In this document: piece by piece, positions 19,939-34,527 of the stretch
Numbering within the stretch: position 1 is the stretch's first letter
How the letters are laid out: each line of letters begins with the position of its first letter
NCBI GenBank assembly: GCA_964187785.1
Contig: OZ076409.1
Location: 64,916,001-64,980,000, forward strand
Direction of reading: 5' to 3'
Length of the DNA stretch: 64,000 nucleotides
Source: Amphiscolops sp. MND2022
Lineage: Eukaryota
Position numbers and translations under genes: made by a program
The notes under the pieces: generated by a model
Told to the model about the DNA's origin: nothing
Seen by the model: only the letters and a program-made list of their open reading frames with translations
The model's database searches: none

Positions 19939-22900
19939 ACAAAAGAAAAATAACAATATCAAGACTATTATACCGATTAAAAACTGTCCTTCGAAAAACG
20001 CAATTAATACAGCAGGCGCCGAATAGTCAGTTAGAAACGAAAAAAAACTTTCCTATGAAACCGAAAATTACGAGAAGCTCGGATAACAGATACCTTGTTG
20101 ATATCTAATCTTTCAAGCATCTATTCGTCTGAAAGAAATTATATACTTGTCCATACAATCTACTCTCTGTGGGTACTTCTGAGTAAATTACCGCTTAAAG
20201 ACCGACCGAATGACATTAAAATAATTTTGAACGTGGGAAAATTTTACCAATCAAAACGAACACGAATTGTAAATTGCAATATATAATGGAATGGAGTTCA
20301 CAACTTGAACTTTGCCCTGAGGTCTAAGTGAAATGGAGATTGCAAAAGCCTGTCTGAAATTGCTTCGACCCACGTGACCAGACACTTCAGTCCAAACAAG
20401 GTTATTCCACCCAGTAATCTCAGTCCGTTTTTTTGAACATGTTGGATCTATTCAATCCAGTTTTGACATCGGTTATTTTTGTCGCAAATCGCTCATTTCA
20501 AAATAGCTATTCCGCTATTCAAGAATGTTTTAAATATTGCATTGCGTCATTCAGTAGTTTGAATCAAGCCGGGAACAAAAACAAAATGACTAGATAGATG
20601 GCCAACGCTCTGAACACTGCTACTAGCTGTTTGTAGAACCATTCTGGTCATTTCGACCGAATTGAAAAGATTGACGGAAAGCCAATATAATGAGCGCGTT
20701 TCATTTCATAAAGGCCCGACTAATTATTTCATCCAGCGCCATTATGGCAGCCCGAATTTGTCAATGGAAACCGGTAAAGTACAACTTGACATTCGCAGAA
20801 AACTAGGAAATCAAATCGCAGTCGCCAGCAAATGGAATGGAGCACTCTTATTCGCAAATTGGACGTAGAAGCCTAATTGGATCCGCCTAATGTCGTCTTG
20901 CAATGAAAATGCACAACAAATAAAAAGCTCATACAATTTCAAAATTTGGAAATCCTTAATAATTCAGCAATTAACCCATATTCAAACATTTACGCAGCAT
21001 ACTCTATAACGCACTATTGCAGGGGTCCTTAGTGCTATTAGAACCCAACAAGTCAAGAACAGCTCGAAGCCGGCGCCCCGCCAACGCTTGAAAAGCTCAC
21101 TCAGCTAAATTAGTCAACGACCTCTTTGAAAATCGTTCATAGATCCATATCAGGGTTGCGATGTTAAAAACATGAATTGTTTTAAACGTGTTAAAATATG
21201 TTTCAAACACGTGGAAATATACTGTTTAAAACAATGACCAAAACGATTCCCCAATTCTTCCAGAGGCTGGCTCCAAAACATCAACATGAAAGGCCCGAAG
21301 CGACCCAGAGAGCAGCGAGGTGAACCTAGATACGCAACAGCTATTGCAATAAAATTGTTAATTCAACGGAAATGTGAACCATGGTCTTGCTAGGTATTCC
21401 TAAAGCACCCAGAAATTTTTTATCCATTTCTATCCATTATCGATACAGGTGTTATTTCAGGTGAATATAAACTCATTAATGACCAATAAATGGTCGCAAT
21501 AAAAAATACTGCTATATTATGGAATATGCTTTCGAAGAAAAACAAGTCTTCGAAAAAATCAAGTTAACGGTTGATTCAACTAATTTCGAATAAATGGATC
21601 AGATGTTAAGGTTGTCTGACTACAGTTGCGGAATTAACCATCAAAAGCAAGATCGTTTTCTGAATAATGTATCAATACATCAAATTCGATTCCGCAGCAT
21701 AGTGCAAATCATCTAAGTTTTATAGATCGTTTTGAAAAGAGGCTTTTAGTCGAACTCCCCAAAACAACGGTCTTTAGAACAAAATATTATTTCGAAAAAT
21801 AGTCGTTTTGGAAACATCAAAATTAAAACCAAGTAGCTGATAATTACGGTAGATAGAAATGTTGAAAGCGCAATTAATTGACGGTTACATTGTTATCAGA
21901 AACAATTTTCTTCCCCAATTTTCATTTTTCGTTTTTTTTCATACATTTTTATTTTTCGTTTTCCGAAGAGAGGAAACATCCTAATCTTAGTTGTAGCTGG
22001 GAAATTTTTCTTTACCTCCACCTGTTTCTGGCATAACTTCCCTTCAATTCTATAACCTCTTTATAACTTGTCCTAAAGTTCGACCCCAATTTTCTGAGGT
22101 CTAAGAAGCAGGAGTGCGAGTGCGTGGGTTCGAGTCTCACACTAAACCAAAACTTTGAATGCTTGCAAAGGGTCCCGCTTAAAGTTTTTAGGTACGGTGC
22201 GACTTTTTTTCGATCGAAAGTTTTTCTGGTTTTTGTGATATTTTCAGTTACGAAAAAAGTTTTTCTTTACTTTGAAAGACCCTTTCGAATTTTTGTTGTA
22301 AGTATGAAAAATATCACAGTGCCACTGAGCCTTTTGTTTTACATCCAGTCAGCGGTTTAATAAGAACTTTGAAGACCTAGCTATCAACATTTACAACAAA
22401 CCCTTCAAAAAGCGATTGGACTTTCCAGCATAAAAGTTTGTAGAATTCATCGATGAAACATGCACTTGTTCATTCATGATAATGCAGTTTAAATTATCAC
22501 CTGAACACAAAAAGACCATTATGGATTCCGGCAGTCGCTTACACTAAATTGCACTCCAATAAAGTATCAAGATTTCTGGAAATTGGAGGCTTCACGTTCA
22601 CTTCACGAATGCCAAAATAATCAAATACGTCCATATCTAAATATAGTTGTTTGAATACCGTTTTCAATTGAGGTCGCACTGGTACTCTGAAAATTATGAA
22701 TGGTACACAAAAAAGCTGCTCATACAGATTTTGAATGTCAAACAACCATACCAAATGACCTCTACAAAGGAAAAGATGACACCCTTCAGTAGACCAACAA
22801 AAATGCTGTATCAGTGAAATCTTGACGGTAGCGCAGGTCACCTTTTGTTCACGGGAAGAGATAAGAGTTGCAAAAAAAAAGATGTCCATAGGTTGAACAA

Positions 22901-23358
22901 TTTGGCTACAAAAACCATTAGTTAAATTGCGTAGATTAAACGATCTGTTTGATCGATTCGGTTGCATGCCGTGGATAATTCCTAAAACACGAGACAAAAA
23001 TGAGAAGACTCTCATTGCGGAACGTTCTTCAACAATAGCAAATTCGTTTTAATAACTTTTCATTTGAGTGTAAATTTTTGTGTTAAACACGTTTGTTTCT
23101 CGAATGCCAAACTACTCATCCTTGAAGTTTTCAGAAACATCGAGTCGATGCAAAGTTCATTAACTAATTGGTTTAATTCGTTTTCGTTCAAAAATGGGTT
23201 AAACGAATCAGTTAAAACGTTTGAATCGGTTTTTGATTTTAAACATCATTGAGGAACGAGATTATGAATTAGAAACAAAGTAAATTTTCCTACTTTAAAG
23301 GTGCATAGAATTAAGTACAAACACATTCAAGAAACAAACTACAAATATTAAATTACTT

Positions 23359-24564
23359 TCACCACGGCGCTCCCGTGTTGGCCAAACGACGCATTCGTCG
23401 GGTATTTCTATCCTGATCCCTAATTTTCTTCTCCATCTCAGCATCAGTTAGTGTCTCCATCACAGGTCCCCATTGGTCCAGATCATGTCTGTTCCTCAAA
23501 ACTACGTCAACGACTGGTAAAGGGTCTTCACTGAAAGCATACGTTCGCGCATGCCAAGATAGTTGACCTCTGATGCTATAAGCGATCGCAGTTGCAAATT
23601 CTCCTCCCAGACCAATTTCGGAACACATTGTCATTGCAAACTGCTCAGGCGAGTTCAAACTCTCCGACATGTCCCACTCGAATTGGTCTACTAGAGAGAT
23701 ATTTCCTACATGTATGTTTAACTTAATTTTCACTCTTTGGTCGGTTTGATTTTCAAGAATCTGTTCCATCGGGAAGGCTTCTATTTGTTGACGCATGCTT
23801 TGAGCAATAGCCGGCACAAAAGACTGAGGATTCAGATCCAGATCTTCACAGAGGATCTCGGCAAACATTTCAGGCGTTATCACCTGCTCATTTTTGTTCC
23901 ATGTAAAACAATCGCGTAATTTCTGTCCATCGGCTTCTATGTCCAATCGAATTGGCACAAGAATTTCGGTTTTACTGGCATTTTCATTGAACAAATCAGG
24001 ATCTGTATCATCGAAACAAAGAGGATAGTTTCGCTTACTGCGAGCCGTGACTCGATTTCTGTTGATGGGTGTAGAACAAGGAACAGCGTCCAAATGGTGA
24101 GAAGTATTAGGTGCAGCTTGAACCCACGAAGAACTTGGGTTGTTAGCTCCACGCTTACTGCTTCTACTTGGCACAGGTGTACCACTAATTGCAGCAGGAG
24201 TTCCAGGCGCAGCCATTTGACTACCATCTTTCGCTTGGGATTCACTACTTTGCACTGTTGATCCTGAATTTTTGAATTTATCACCATAGCCCGAGAGCAA
24301 TTCGTCTATTTCACAGGCTTTGACTAAAGTTATGTTTATTGCACTTCCTTGAGTAACATAGCAAGCATCAGTTAACATTTTTCTTTCAGCAGGTGTTACC
24401 ATGCGCCTCCACAAACCCGGAAACTTCCGGTAAATAGCTCCCCGGAACAGTCGCAGATACTGCCCAACATCTGACCCGATCATATAGTACTCACCGTCAG
24501 TTTCTAGTTGGAAGCGAGTAGGTTCTTTACCATACGTTTGAACTTTGGACGGTTCATCAGTCAT
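23359..24564 (-). CDS. SMARCB1: SWI/SNF core subunit SNF5/INI1; intronless CDS
   Basis: [28 protein letters not shown]-terminal winged helix, [43 protein letters not shown], and the C-terminus [28 protein letters not shown]. Confidence 0.98.
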   Translation of the reverse strand: MTDEPSKVQTYGKEPTRFQLETDGEYYMIGSDVGQYLRLFRGAIYRKFPGLWRRMVTPAERKMLTDACYVTQGSAINITLVKACEIDELLSGYGDKFKNSGSTVQSSESQAKDGSQMAAPGTPAAISGTPVPSRSSKRGANNPSSSWVQAAPNTSHHLDAVPCSTPINRNRVTARSKRNYPLCFDDTDPDLFNENASKTEILVPIRLDIEADGQKLRDCFTWNKNEQVITPEMFAEILCEDLDLNPQSFVPAIAQSMRQQIEAFPMEQILENQTDQRVKIKLNIHVGNISLVDQFEWDMSESLNSPEQFAMTMCSEIGLGGEFATAIAYSIRGQLSWHARTYAFSEDPLPVVDVVLRNRHDLDQWGPVMETLTDAEMEKKIRDQDRNTRRMRRLANTGAPW

Positions 24565-25174
24565 CGTTAATGGTTTTCAAGTTACCTGAAAAAGAAATCA
24601 CAAGATGTGGCATCAAAGAATGTGCTTCGGATTTCACATACTGAAAATGGTTTTTTCGAGAATTGTTTTTTCTTCTATCAGATATCATGGATATTAGTCA
24701 TCAATCAAGTGCCATGTGTATCATCATGTTGGGGGAGAAGACACACCCGTGGTCTACAACGAAAGTAGGGAACCCCATACTACCAGCCACTATCCTAGTC
24801 GACCGGTAGAAACAAATTCTTAGAAAGCTGCAATTATACACAGGTTTTTCAAAAATATGCATCCGTTGCTTCTATCCATTGAGATCCGTTGCATCAAAAA
24901 GCTGCCAGATCGTTGATCGTCGTGCGAACGACAGAGCAATTTACAGACACGCGGGATGAAAATTTCATTGCTCTCGCCTAAAGAACCCTGTACTTCCATG
25001 GCCACCGGTTGAAAAATGTATCCTTTGTCTATTAATTAGCGATACTTCTAATTTTTTCCTCTATTAGGTATCATGGATCTTCGTCATCAATCAAGTTCCA
25101 TGTGTATCATCATGTTGAGGGAAGACACAGGTTTTTTTTGCTCTATCAGATATCATGGATCTTCGTCATCATCA

Positions 25175-25768
25175 GGGTGGCTGTAAATAGGTCGAATTTT
25201 TCTGGTCGAAAGGACAGAGGTCGGAGCTTTTGATCGAATTGCAGGGATCGAATGGAATGAGGTCGAATTTTATCGTATTTGTTGTATGGCTCGGTCGCTT
25301 CGCTCCCTTCGCCAAGTAGCAACATTGAGGCATGGCCAAATGGCACGTCGCTCCAATCCTGCATTCAGGGCACGGGTGAACGGAAATGGGTCGAAAGAAA
25401 TGGGTCGAATCGGCCTCCTGTGCCATGGGTCGAATCTTCACCGTTTCGGAATTGGGTCGAATGGACTTGGGTCGACCTTGAAAAATGCCAAGTTCTAGGA
25501 AGACAACATATTGATTTCGACCCAATTCCATTCGATCCAATTCGACCTCAGTCAATTCGACCAAAAGGGTCGACCTAATTCTTTTCGACCTATTTCTTTC
25601 GACCCATTTCATGCAATCCTCAGGGCACTAGGGGTATGTGAACATATCTGACTACGTTATAAAAATTTCGATCCGAGTTGTTTCGATCCCATTCAAAAGT
25701 TTGGTATGTCGACCTGAGGACTAACTCTGATATTCGATCCCGTTCCTACGACCTATTTCCGCCCACCC
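25175..25768. mobile_element. TCGA-rich MITE (Mutator-like G..C termini)
   Basis: Imperfect TIRs GGGTGGCTGTAAATAGGTCG / CGACCTATTTCCGCCCACCC. A second, inverted copy lies at 28304-34490. Confidence 0.7.
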
Positions 25769-26137
25769 GAAGACACACACCCGTGGTCTGCAACGAAAGT
25801 AGGGAACCCCATACCAGCCACTATCCCAGTAACAAAAAGAAACAACCAACAAACTACTCATACCAGCCACTATCCCAGTCTAACAGTAGAATTTTTTTAA
25901 AGCTGCTTTTATATAAAGGTTAAAAAAATTAGGCTATATGTAATAAATTTCTTCGAACGCAACTCTGTCGCTCACAGTTCCTAGAACACAGGCCGCATTG
26001 CCGATCTGAAGGGCCATTGAAATCAGTTGCTTCAAAAAACTGCCAGCTCGTTGATCGTCGTGCGAACGACAGAGCATTTTACAGAGACGCGTGATGAGAA
26101 TTTCACTGCTCTTGTCTGAAGAACCCTGTACTTCCAA

Positions 26138-27693
26138 GGGTTACCAGTCACTTGGCTTAATTCCATTTGGCTTAATTTTTTCGTCGAGTCATTTGGCTTA
26201 AAAATTTTAAGCCAAGTGACCACAAAATTGAAACAACTCCATTGCAACTCAAGGAATAAATATGTCAACTCCCGGAAATACGATAATGTGGGGCATATGC
26301 GGTAAATGCACGCTCGCCCTCACCGTCGCAAAGACGGCTTCGGGCAATAAGTTCGATTTACTAAGTTCGAAGGTGAACTAGTGGAATAAGTTCGAATAGG
26401 AATAGTTTCGAGACACCAAGTTCGAATTTTCATATCGGGCATATCCGGTGTGTCAAGCATGAAATATTACCTTTCGTAAATATCTCAGAAAATTTTCAAT
26501 ACTTTCCTTTTCTAATGTGAGGCAAATCCGGTGTATGCACGCTCGCCCTCACCGTCACAAAGAGCAGCTACAACTACGATCGCTTCGCGATCTCCGTTCC
26601 CGCTAGGTCTTTGCTCCTGTTCGACCTCGCTTAGCAAGAGGGGAACATAAGCGGCCCCAAGGGGCCGCGGGGCACTAGATGAATTGGAGAAATATCAGAG
26701 GCACGTTTTATACTTACGGCAGTTTGTTCAAAACTCGAACACAGTGATTCGAACTTGTTCCGGTTTTTGGAAAATTCGAACTTAGTCCATTCGAAATTAA
26801 AATTCGAACTTATGCGTTCGAACTTATTACCGTGCCCTGCAAAGACCAGCTCCCACTACGATCGCTTAGCGATCTTCGTTCCCGCTATGTCTTTGCTCCT
26901 GTTCGACCTCGCTTAGCAACATGGGAATGGCGGTGGGCATTTGGATCGAATGAATTTGCGCGAATATGCAATCTGTCACTGAGATCGAAGTTAAATGGTC
27001 AAAGAAAATGAAATCGAATCCATGTTTTCAAATACCTAGCGTTTTCAAATAACAATGTTTTTGGCCGTCGGATATGCCCCCCATTTCCTCTAATGCCCCG
27101 CGGCCCCTTGGGGCCGCCTATGTTCCCATCTTGCTAAGCGAGGTCGAACAGGAGCAAAGACCTAGTGGGAACGGTGATCGCGAAGCGATCGTAGTGGGAG
27201 CTGGTCCTTGCGACGGTAAGGGCGAGCGTGCATACACCGTATATGATCCCATATTAGGTGGGGAAAACTACCTAAAGAATTTTAAACGCTTTTAAACACT
27301 TTACAGGAGCAAAAACCTAGCAAAACCGGAAAAATTCGATCTCAAAACCTTCGATCCATTTTCGATCTCGCTTTTGGCTCACACAAAAATTCGATTAAAA
27401 AAACCCACCCATGGGAATATAGGCGGCCCCAAGGGGCCGCAGGGCACTAGAGGAAATTGGGACATATCCGAGGGGTACTTGCTATCACATGGTATAATAA
27501 TACACTGACAACGTTATAAAGATAAATTCGACAAAATCTGCCACGCGTTTTCAACTAAGTGGTTTTAAGTCAAATGACTTTAAGCCAAGTGACCAATACC
27601 CGAGACACTTAGCTTAAAAAATTAAGCCAAGTGACCAATTGTATTAAGCCAAATGACTTTAAGCCAAATGGCATTAAGCCGAGTGACCATTTA
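26138..27693. mobile_element. Mutator-like MITE containing further nested MITEs and short hairpin repeats
   Basis: 9-bp TSD TACTTCCAA (26129 / 27694) and inverted GTCACTTGGCTTAA arrays. An inner element at 26336-26837 is flanked by a (C/T)GCAAAGAC duplication. Copies of an approximately 190-bp repeat with hairpin GCGGCCCC-aa-GGGGCCGC. Confidence 0.65.
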
Positions 27694-28303
27694 TACTTCC
27701 AAGGCCACCGGTTGAAAAATGTAACTGTTGTTTATTGATTCGCGATACTTCTCAATTTTAGGAGCTTCAGCCTCAGTCGCGGTGGTTCCCGGGTTTCTTA
27801 AAATGCCTTGATTCAGACAGCTGGGTGCACGAGCATCCACAACCGTGACATCTCACACCAACTGTTTACCCACTTCCCAACGAATCTTGGTAACTCTGTC
27901 TGGACGTTTGCCATCAGTTCGGTACAGTCCACGCGAATCGAGTATTATCCCTATTTTTCAGAGACACTTTATCTTGAAATCAATTTTCTACTGAACACGT
28001 TTGTTGTGTCTTCCGCTGGTAAAAAAGGTTTGCTTAAGCTTCAATTAGACCTCTTCGATCAACGTAACAATATGGACATCGAACTTCATCTAAAACAAAT
28101 GCCTCTATCAATGGTATAATTACATTCCAGCAAGTTTTTTTATTCCTCTATCAGATATCATGGACGTTCGTCATCAATCAAGTGCCATGTGTATCATCAT
28201 GTTGGGGGAGAAGACACACACCCGTGGTCTGCAACGAAAGTAGAGAACCCCATACCAGCCACTATACCAGTAGGCCAGTAACAAAAAAAAACAACCAACA
28301 AAC

Positions 28304-31300
28304 GGGTGGGCGGAAGTAGGTCGAAGGTGTTATACGGTACACATACCGGACCGACATTTCGGTAAAGCTGTCAATCAAACTCAAACCTTTCATAGATCTA
28401 TCTAGATTATGTCTGTACATGTTGGTAAATATACCGTCCTAGTCACTTCTCGAGACTACATCATTCAGTACAAAAGTTTAGAAAGAGATAAACTGTTTTA
28501 TGATACCTTTCTACTAAAGAAAGATTTTAAATAAAACCTTTGTTTTATTATTCGAACCAAGAAATAGAACATGGCGCAGTTAGCTATTTAAAGTACCAAA
28601 TACATTTACAACAAAGAAAATGGCAGAAGAAAACAAAATCGAAGTACCGAACTTCGAAGCCACATCAGACGGGAAAAGAATTTTAACTCCGAAAAATGGC
28701 TCGAAAGATTTCGTCAATTCACCAAAAGAAAACACACAATGGATATAACCGAACTAATACTGGGAGCCGAAATAACACAAACCGGTTGGTCCGCAAAAGA
28801 AGCCGAAATCCAAGAAGCCTTTATATGGGGAATTGGCCACGAAGCCTTATATCAAATGACGGGAGCGGAATACAAAACAGACCCCGACAAAATAGCGGTA
28901 AAAGACCTCATCCGACTATTCAACGAATACTTCCTACCGAAGCGGAACACTTACCATAACTGCGGGGAAATCTTCTGGACAAGACAACCAGAACCCGAGA
29001 CACCGGAAGACTTCTGGCGGAGACTCATAGAAAAAGAATGCGCATTTGAAGGAATAACAGCCGAAGACCTATTAATTTCAAATTTCATGACCACTATTAC
29101 GGATACAAAACTCCGGGATAAATTGATGAAAGAGAAAAAGCTCGAACTGAAGAAAACAATTGAAATGATCAAACAAAACACATACGAAAGAAAAATTTGG
29201 AAAAACATTATACCGGAAGCACTGATACCACACCGAGAAAAAGAAATAAAAGAAGAGCCAATACAAAGAATGGAAAGGTCTGACACAAGACCGAAGAATA
29301 AATTTACCAGTGAAAAACCATGCAAATTCTGTAACGCACCAAATTGGAACCCCACTCATAAATGCACGGCATTGGGAAAACTTTGCAATAATTGCGGAAG
29401 GAAAGGACACTTCGCACGCGTATGTAGACAGAGAGAAAATTACAAACGCAAAGTACGAAACATCACCGAAGAAACGTCACAGACACGGAGAAGAATCCGA
29501 CGAATCAGAGACGAGTATACATCGAATCGAGAGAATAAATAGAATCACGGATAGAAACAAATACCAGGTAAAAGTGAACAGAATCGAAAAAGAATTTATG
29601 GTGAATACCGGATCACCAATTTTGATATTGCCCATAGATGAAAACATAATGAAACAAACCGAGATACAGAAAGTGAAACACCGATACCAAGATGTGAACA
29701 AAAATGAAGTTAAAGTCCGTGGCAAAACACCGGCCGATATTGCATACGAAAACAACAAACAAAAACTGGAGATTTTGATTACCGAAAGAAATGATAATAC
29801 ACCATTAGTTGGAATGGACTGGATGAAAAAATTTAAACTAACGATTGGAAGTATCCGGATACAAGATAATAACCAATCGGAGAACAAACGAACTTTCGAA
29901 AAATTTCCGGACTTATTCAAATATAACACCACGTTAAAGGATACCGAGATAAATATCCAACTATAACCGGGCCACTATCCGGTGAAACAAAAAACAAGAC
30001 CTATTCCACTACACCTACAAGAAGATGTCGGGAGAGAATTGGAGAAATTAATAAAGTTCGGACACTTGGAAAAAGTGAAGCACGTAGATGAAGATTGTTT
30101 TGTTTCGCCGGTGGTAATTACGGTAAAGAACGACAAGTCGGTTAAAATTGCATTGGATTCGAGAAAACTGAATGACAGCTGTATTAAAACCCGACCACAC
30201 ATGCCGAACATGGAAGAGTTACTAAACCAAAAATCGGTAGAGATCACAAAAGACCGAACGAAAGAACTAATAATGTCGAAAATCGACCTCGACTACGCAT
30301 ATGGTCAGATGAAATTGTCAAAAGAAACAAGCCGGCAATGCGTATTCGCAATAACGGGAGGAAAGTTTAGCGGATTTTACCGATTCAAAAAGAGATTTTA
30401 CGGTTTGGCCGATATCCCAACAATATTCCAAGAAAAAAATGACCGAACACTGGAATACTCTACACCAGCATGGCGTGACGAAATAATTGTAGTAACCAGA
30501 GGTGACCGAAAAGAGCACGAAAACAAATTGTATTAAAGAAACTAGAAGATGCAGGATACCGAGCAAGTGAGAAAAAAATCCGAATTCTTTTTTCACAAAA
30601 CGAAATGGCTCGGACACGAAATTGACGAAACGGGAATCAAACCTAACAAAGAAAAAGTAAAGGCAATACTGGATTTGGAACACCCGGAAAACCAAAAACA
30701 ACTGAAGTCATTTCTCGGCGCGATACAATACCTCGCAAAGTTCCTACCGAGATTATCGGAAAGAACAGAATAACTCCGACGATTACTGAAAAAGGATTCG
30801 GTATGGAACTGGGGAAAAGAACAAGACGAAGACTTCAATAAAATAAAAGTTTTGTTAACCGAAGAACCCTGCTTAGCTCATTACGCAAAAGACAGAAAAA
30901 ATATTGTTACAACCGACGCAAGCAAAACCGGACTCGGAATAACATTATGGCAGAAACAATCGGATGGAGAAATAAAACCGATGGCATTCGGTAGCAGATA
31001 TCTAAACGACACCGAAAAGAATTATTCGATCGGAGAACTAGAATTACTTGCAGTTGTTTGGGGACTTGAGAAAGTCCGATTTAATCTATACAGAAAGAAA
31101 GTTTACTTATGTAGCGACCACCAAGCTCTTGAACCTTTAATTAAAAGAAATCGGTGTAATAGACAATACAGCGCGAGACTAACTAGATGGTTAGACCGAC
31201 TCGCACACTTTGATATTGCCATCCAGCATATCGCAGGAAGTAATTTAAAATTTACCGACTTTTTCAGTAAAAATCCGGTAGAGAAAGCAACGAACGAAGA

Positions 31301-34300
31301 CGTATACGACGAGCAATACTTAATTAACATTCTTTCAGAACAAGCCGAATTAAACGTGAAATACGGAACATTATTCGCCGACCATTCGAAAAGCGCGCCG
31401 GAAAGAACAAAAAGAACCGAAAAGAAAATAAACAACCAATCACATCGAAATAGAACATTCGAGAAAAACCGAGACGGGAACGAAAATTACGAACGAGCGA
31501 AAAGCGCATCGACCAAACGCCGACAAAAAGTTAAAACAGAAAGTCCAATCCGAAATGCAAATTCAAATTGCATACAAAATTCCAAATATTTAAAAGAATT
31601 ACCTTTGTTTAAGAAAGAAATGGATCGAGATTATTTCCACTGGGGTGCAACCGCTGAAATCATGGAAATTATAGGAAAACGAAGAAAAAGCCCTGAAACG
31701 CTTCGACTAGTAGAAAAAAGATTGGAAATCTCCCGACCTGGAACAATGCGACGAAAGTTCGACATGAACGCGCAGAGACAAATTTGGGTCCATCAAGACC
31801 GAATAAGAGAAGTCGCGAAGAAATCGCGGAGATCGATGGGGAACTATTGACCAGAGCAAACCGGTTCGGCGGGGGATGCCGACCTCTCGAAAAACAAGTA
31901 GAAGAACAAGAAGAACCCCAACAACAACAACCGGAAGTTATTGAGGACACCGAACAAGAAAGCGAAGGAGAGAGTCAAGTGATTCGAGGTGATAACTTCC
32001 CAATCGTCGCTCTGAAATCATACAACACAGACGGGAAGGAGATACAATTTATACAAATCAACCAGGTCATAGAGAAAATCACCGGCGAGAAGAAGTGCTC
32101 CGAAGATACTATCAAGAGAGCCGAGTTTAACTTCGTGTTAGACCTGAAAACACTCATCGCAAAATCTTCGACGAACGCTGAGTTAAACCGAGTACGAGAC
32201 GCAATGCGAAGAGGCGAGAAAAATACGGCCCCCAATCAATACCGAAACGTGTTTGAAAAGCTGAACAATAAATGGGGAATGACATTCAATGTCGACCGAA
32301 TAGTAGTACCAACCGAACTACGGAAGGAACTGCTAGACACACTACATTTCGGACATGCCGGAGCTACCAAGATGACAGCGGAAGCCAAAATCTTTTGGTG
32401 GCCGAACATACTGAAAGAAATTGAAGACAAAACCAAAAACTGTGTGGCCTGTATGTCATAGGGTAAGAAAAGGACAAGAAATTCAATCGGTTTCTCCGGC
32501 AAACTAAATAACAAAAAACTAAACGGAGAACACAAAATAATAATCGCCATAGATAGATTCAGTAAATGGCCAACCGCGAAAATTTGCAAATCGTCGGAAA
32601 CTAGGAAGTAATAAATTTCCTGAAACAGAATTTCAATCTATACGGTTTACCGGAGAAAATAAAAACGGATAAAGGGGAGCGTTTATATCGAAAGAATTAA
32701 AAGAATTTTGCAACGGAAAAAATATTGAAATCGATTACAGTACACCGAGAATGCGTACCGGTACGGGAACGGTAGAACGCGCAATACAAACACTGAAGAA
32801 TTTAATCATCGCAAATCTGGACGACAACATATGTCTAACCGAATGCGTAAACATAGCGCTAAATGTAATGCAGTTCACAATACACACGGGACTAAAAACG
32901 ACACCGTTTGAATTACACCACGGACGGAAACCACGAACCGAACTAACAAACATAATTAAAGACGGAAGATCCTTCCTCTCTAATCAGCGTGAAATGTCTG
33001 TTTTAGCAAACAATCGTCCAAAGATACCAATCTACGTAGCCAGAAATGGTGATGGAGAGAACTCCAACTACATTGTTATGGCCCGAACAAAATCGGAAGA
33101 GAAGGCACAAACCGAAAAATCACCGAAGAAGAAAATTTCGGTTGGTAAATATCCTTTCCAATTCTTCGAAAAGAACCACAATAAAAAATCACTAGAAGGT
33201 AGATTCCAGTGAAACATACAAACCGCGGTGAACAATACCGAACATACCGTGACCACCGATACCGGAAAAAAAATTCACCGAAAATTTATTTCGGATCCAA
33301 TTGTATTTCAGAAAGAAAGAAAGACAGCACCGAAGCTCGGAGATGTTATCACCCCTAAGAACCGACACTGCCTTAATGGAGTAGACAGCAGGTACATACA
33401 ATGGAATGAAATCCTGAGAGATGTACTAAACGGAAAGCTAAAGATAGTACAAAACCAGCGAACCGAATCAGATTCCGGAAGTGAGGAGGGTGAAATAGAA
33501 GATGAAGAAAGCGACTTCGAAAATCACGACACCTCCGAAAAAGACGGTCGATATAAACCAATCACAACATCTCCCGAAGATGAGCTAAATCTACATTACA
33601 TACGGACGGTGAGATAAATACGGGTGAGAAACAATCAAATAATAAAACAACCGAAAACGAAAAATAAGACGGTCCAACCGTGAAAGTAAACAACCAAGTA
33701 GATATGGGGGTATTACCTACACAAAAAATTTTTGGGTATAAAACAAAAGAAAAATGAATCGTTATAGGCAGTGCAACCGACAACTGGACGAGCCGAAAGG
33801 AAGCCCCCAAGCCACTGACAAAGCCTGCGGACTTTATCAGAGAGAAGACTCCAACACCCGGAACATCAAAGCAGTAACCGAATAAGATTCCAGAAGGGAG
33901 GAACTGTTATACGGTACACATACCGGACCGACATTTCGGCAAAGCAGTCAATCAAACTCAAACCTTTTATAGAACTATCTAGATTATGTTTGTACATGTT
34001 GGTAAACATACCGTCCTAGTCACTTCTCGAGACTACATCATTCAGTACAAAAGTTTAGATAGAGATAGACTGTTTTATGATACTCTTCTACTAAAGAAAG
34101 ATTTTAAATGAAACCTTTGTTCTATTATTCGAACCGAGAAGGATACGGTTAGAAGGAACGGGATCGAATATCAGAGTTAGTCCTCAGGTCGACATACCAA
34201 ATTTTTGAATGGGATCGAAACAACTCGGGTCGAAAATTTTATAACGTAGTCAGATATGTTCACACACCTTCACATACCCCTAGTGCCCTGAATGCAGGAG

Positions 34301-34490
34301 CGAAGCGAAGCAGAGCGACGTGCCATTTGGCCATGCCTCAGTGTTGCTACTTGGCGAAGAGAGAGAAGCAACTGAGCCATGCAACAAATACGATAAAATT
34401 CGACCACATTCCATTCGATCCCTGCAATTCGATCGAAAGGTTCGACCTCTGTCCTTTCGACCAGAAAAATTTGACCTTTTTACAGCCACA
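28304..34490. mobile_element. Second copy of the TCGA-rich MITE, split by Gypsy-2
   Basis: TSD CCAACAAAC at 28295-28303 and 34491-34499. The two halves are collinear with the reverse complement of 25175-25768. Confidence 0.75.
28328..34151 (+). mobile_element. Ty3/Gypsy LTR retrotransposon (Gypsy-2), degenerate relative of Gypsy-1
   Basis: LTRs at 28328-28571 and 33905-34151 (several mismatches). TSD GAAGG (28323 / 34152), PBS TGGCGCAGTTAG and a PPT before 33905. Fragmented gag (CCHC), PR, RT, RNase H and integrase ORFs. Confidence 0.93.
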
Positions 34491-34527
34491 CCAACAAACT
34501 ACTCAAACCAGCCACTATGCAGTCGAC

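Larger units (their letters stand above)
24666..28303 (-). mobile_element. Cluster of 5'-truncated CRE-like non-LTR retrotransposon 3' ends, head-to-tail
   Basis: A repeated 3' UTR (TATCAGATATCATGGA..GAAGACACACACCCGTGG) follows T-runs (poly-A tails on the minus strand) at about 24666, 25052, 25132 and 28135. The endonuclease C-terminus (QRISMALQIGNAACVLGT-like) recurs. Confidence 0.75.

Noticed and set aside
22539..23252. 158-aa ORF and neighbours downstream of SMARCB1
   Set aside because: No recognisable domain or splice structure. It may be a decayed element but cannot be supported.
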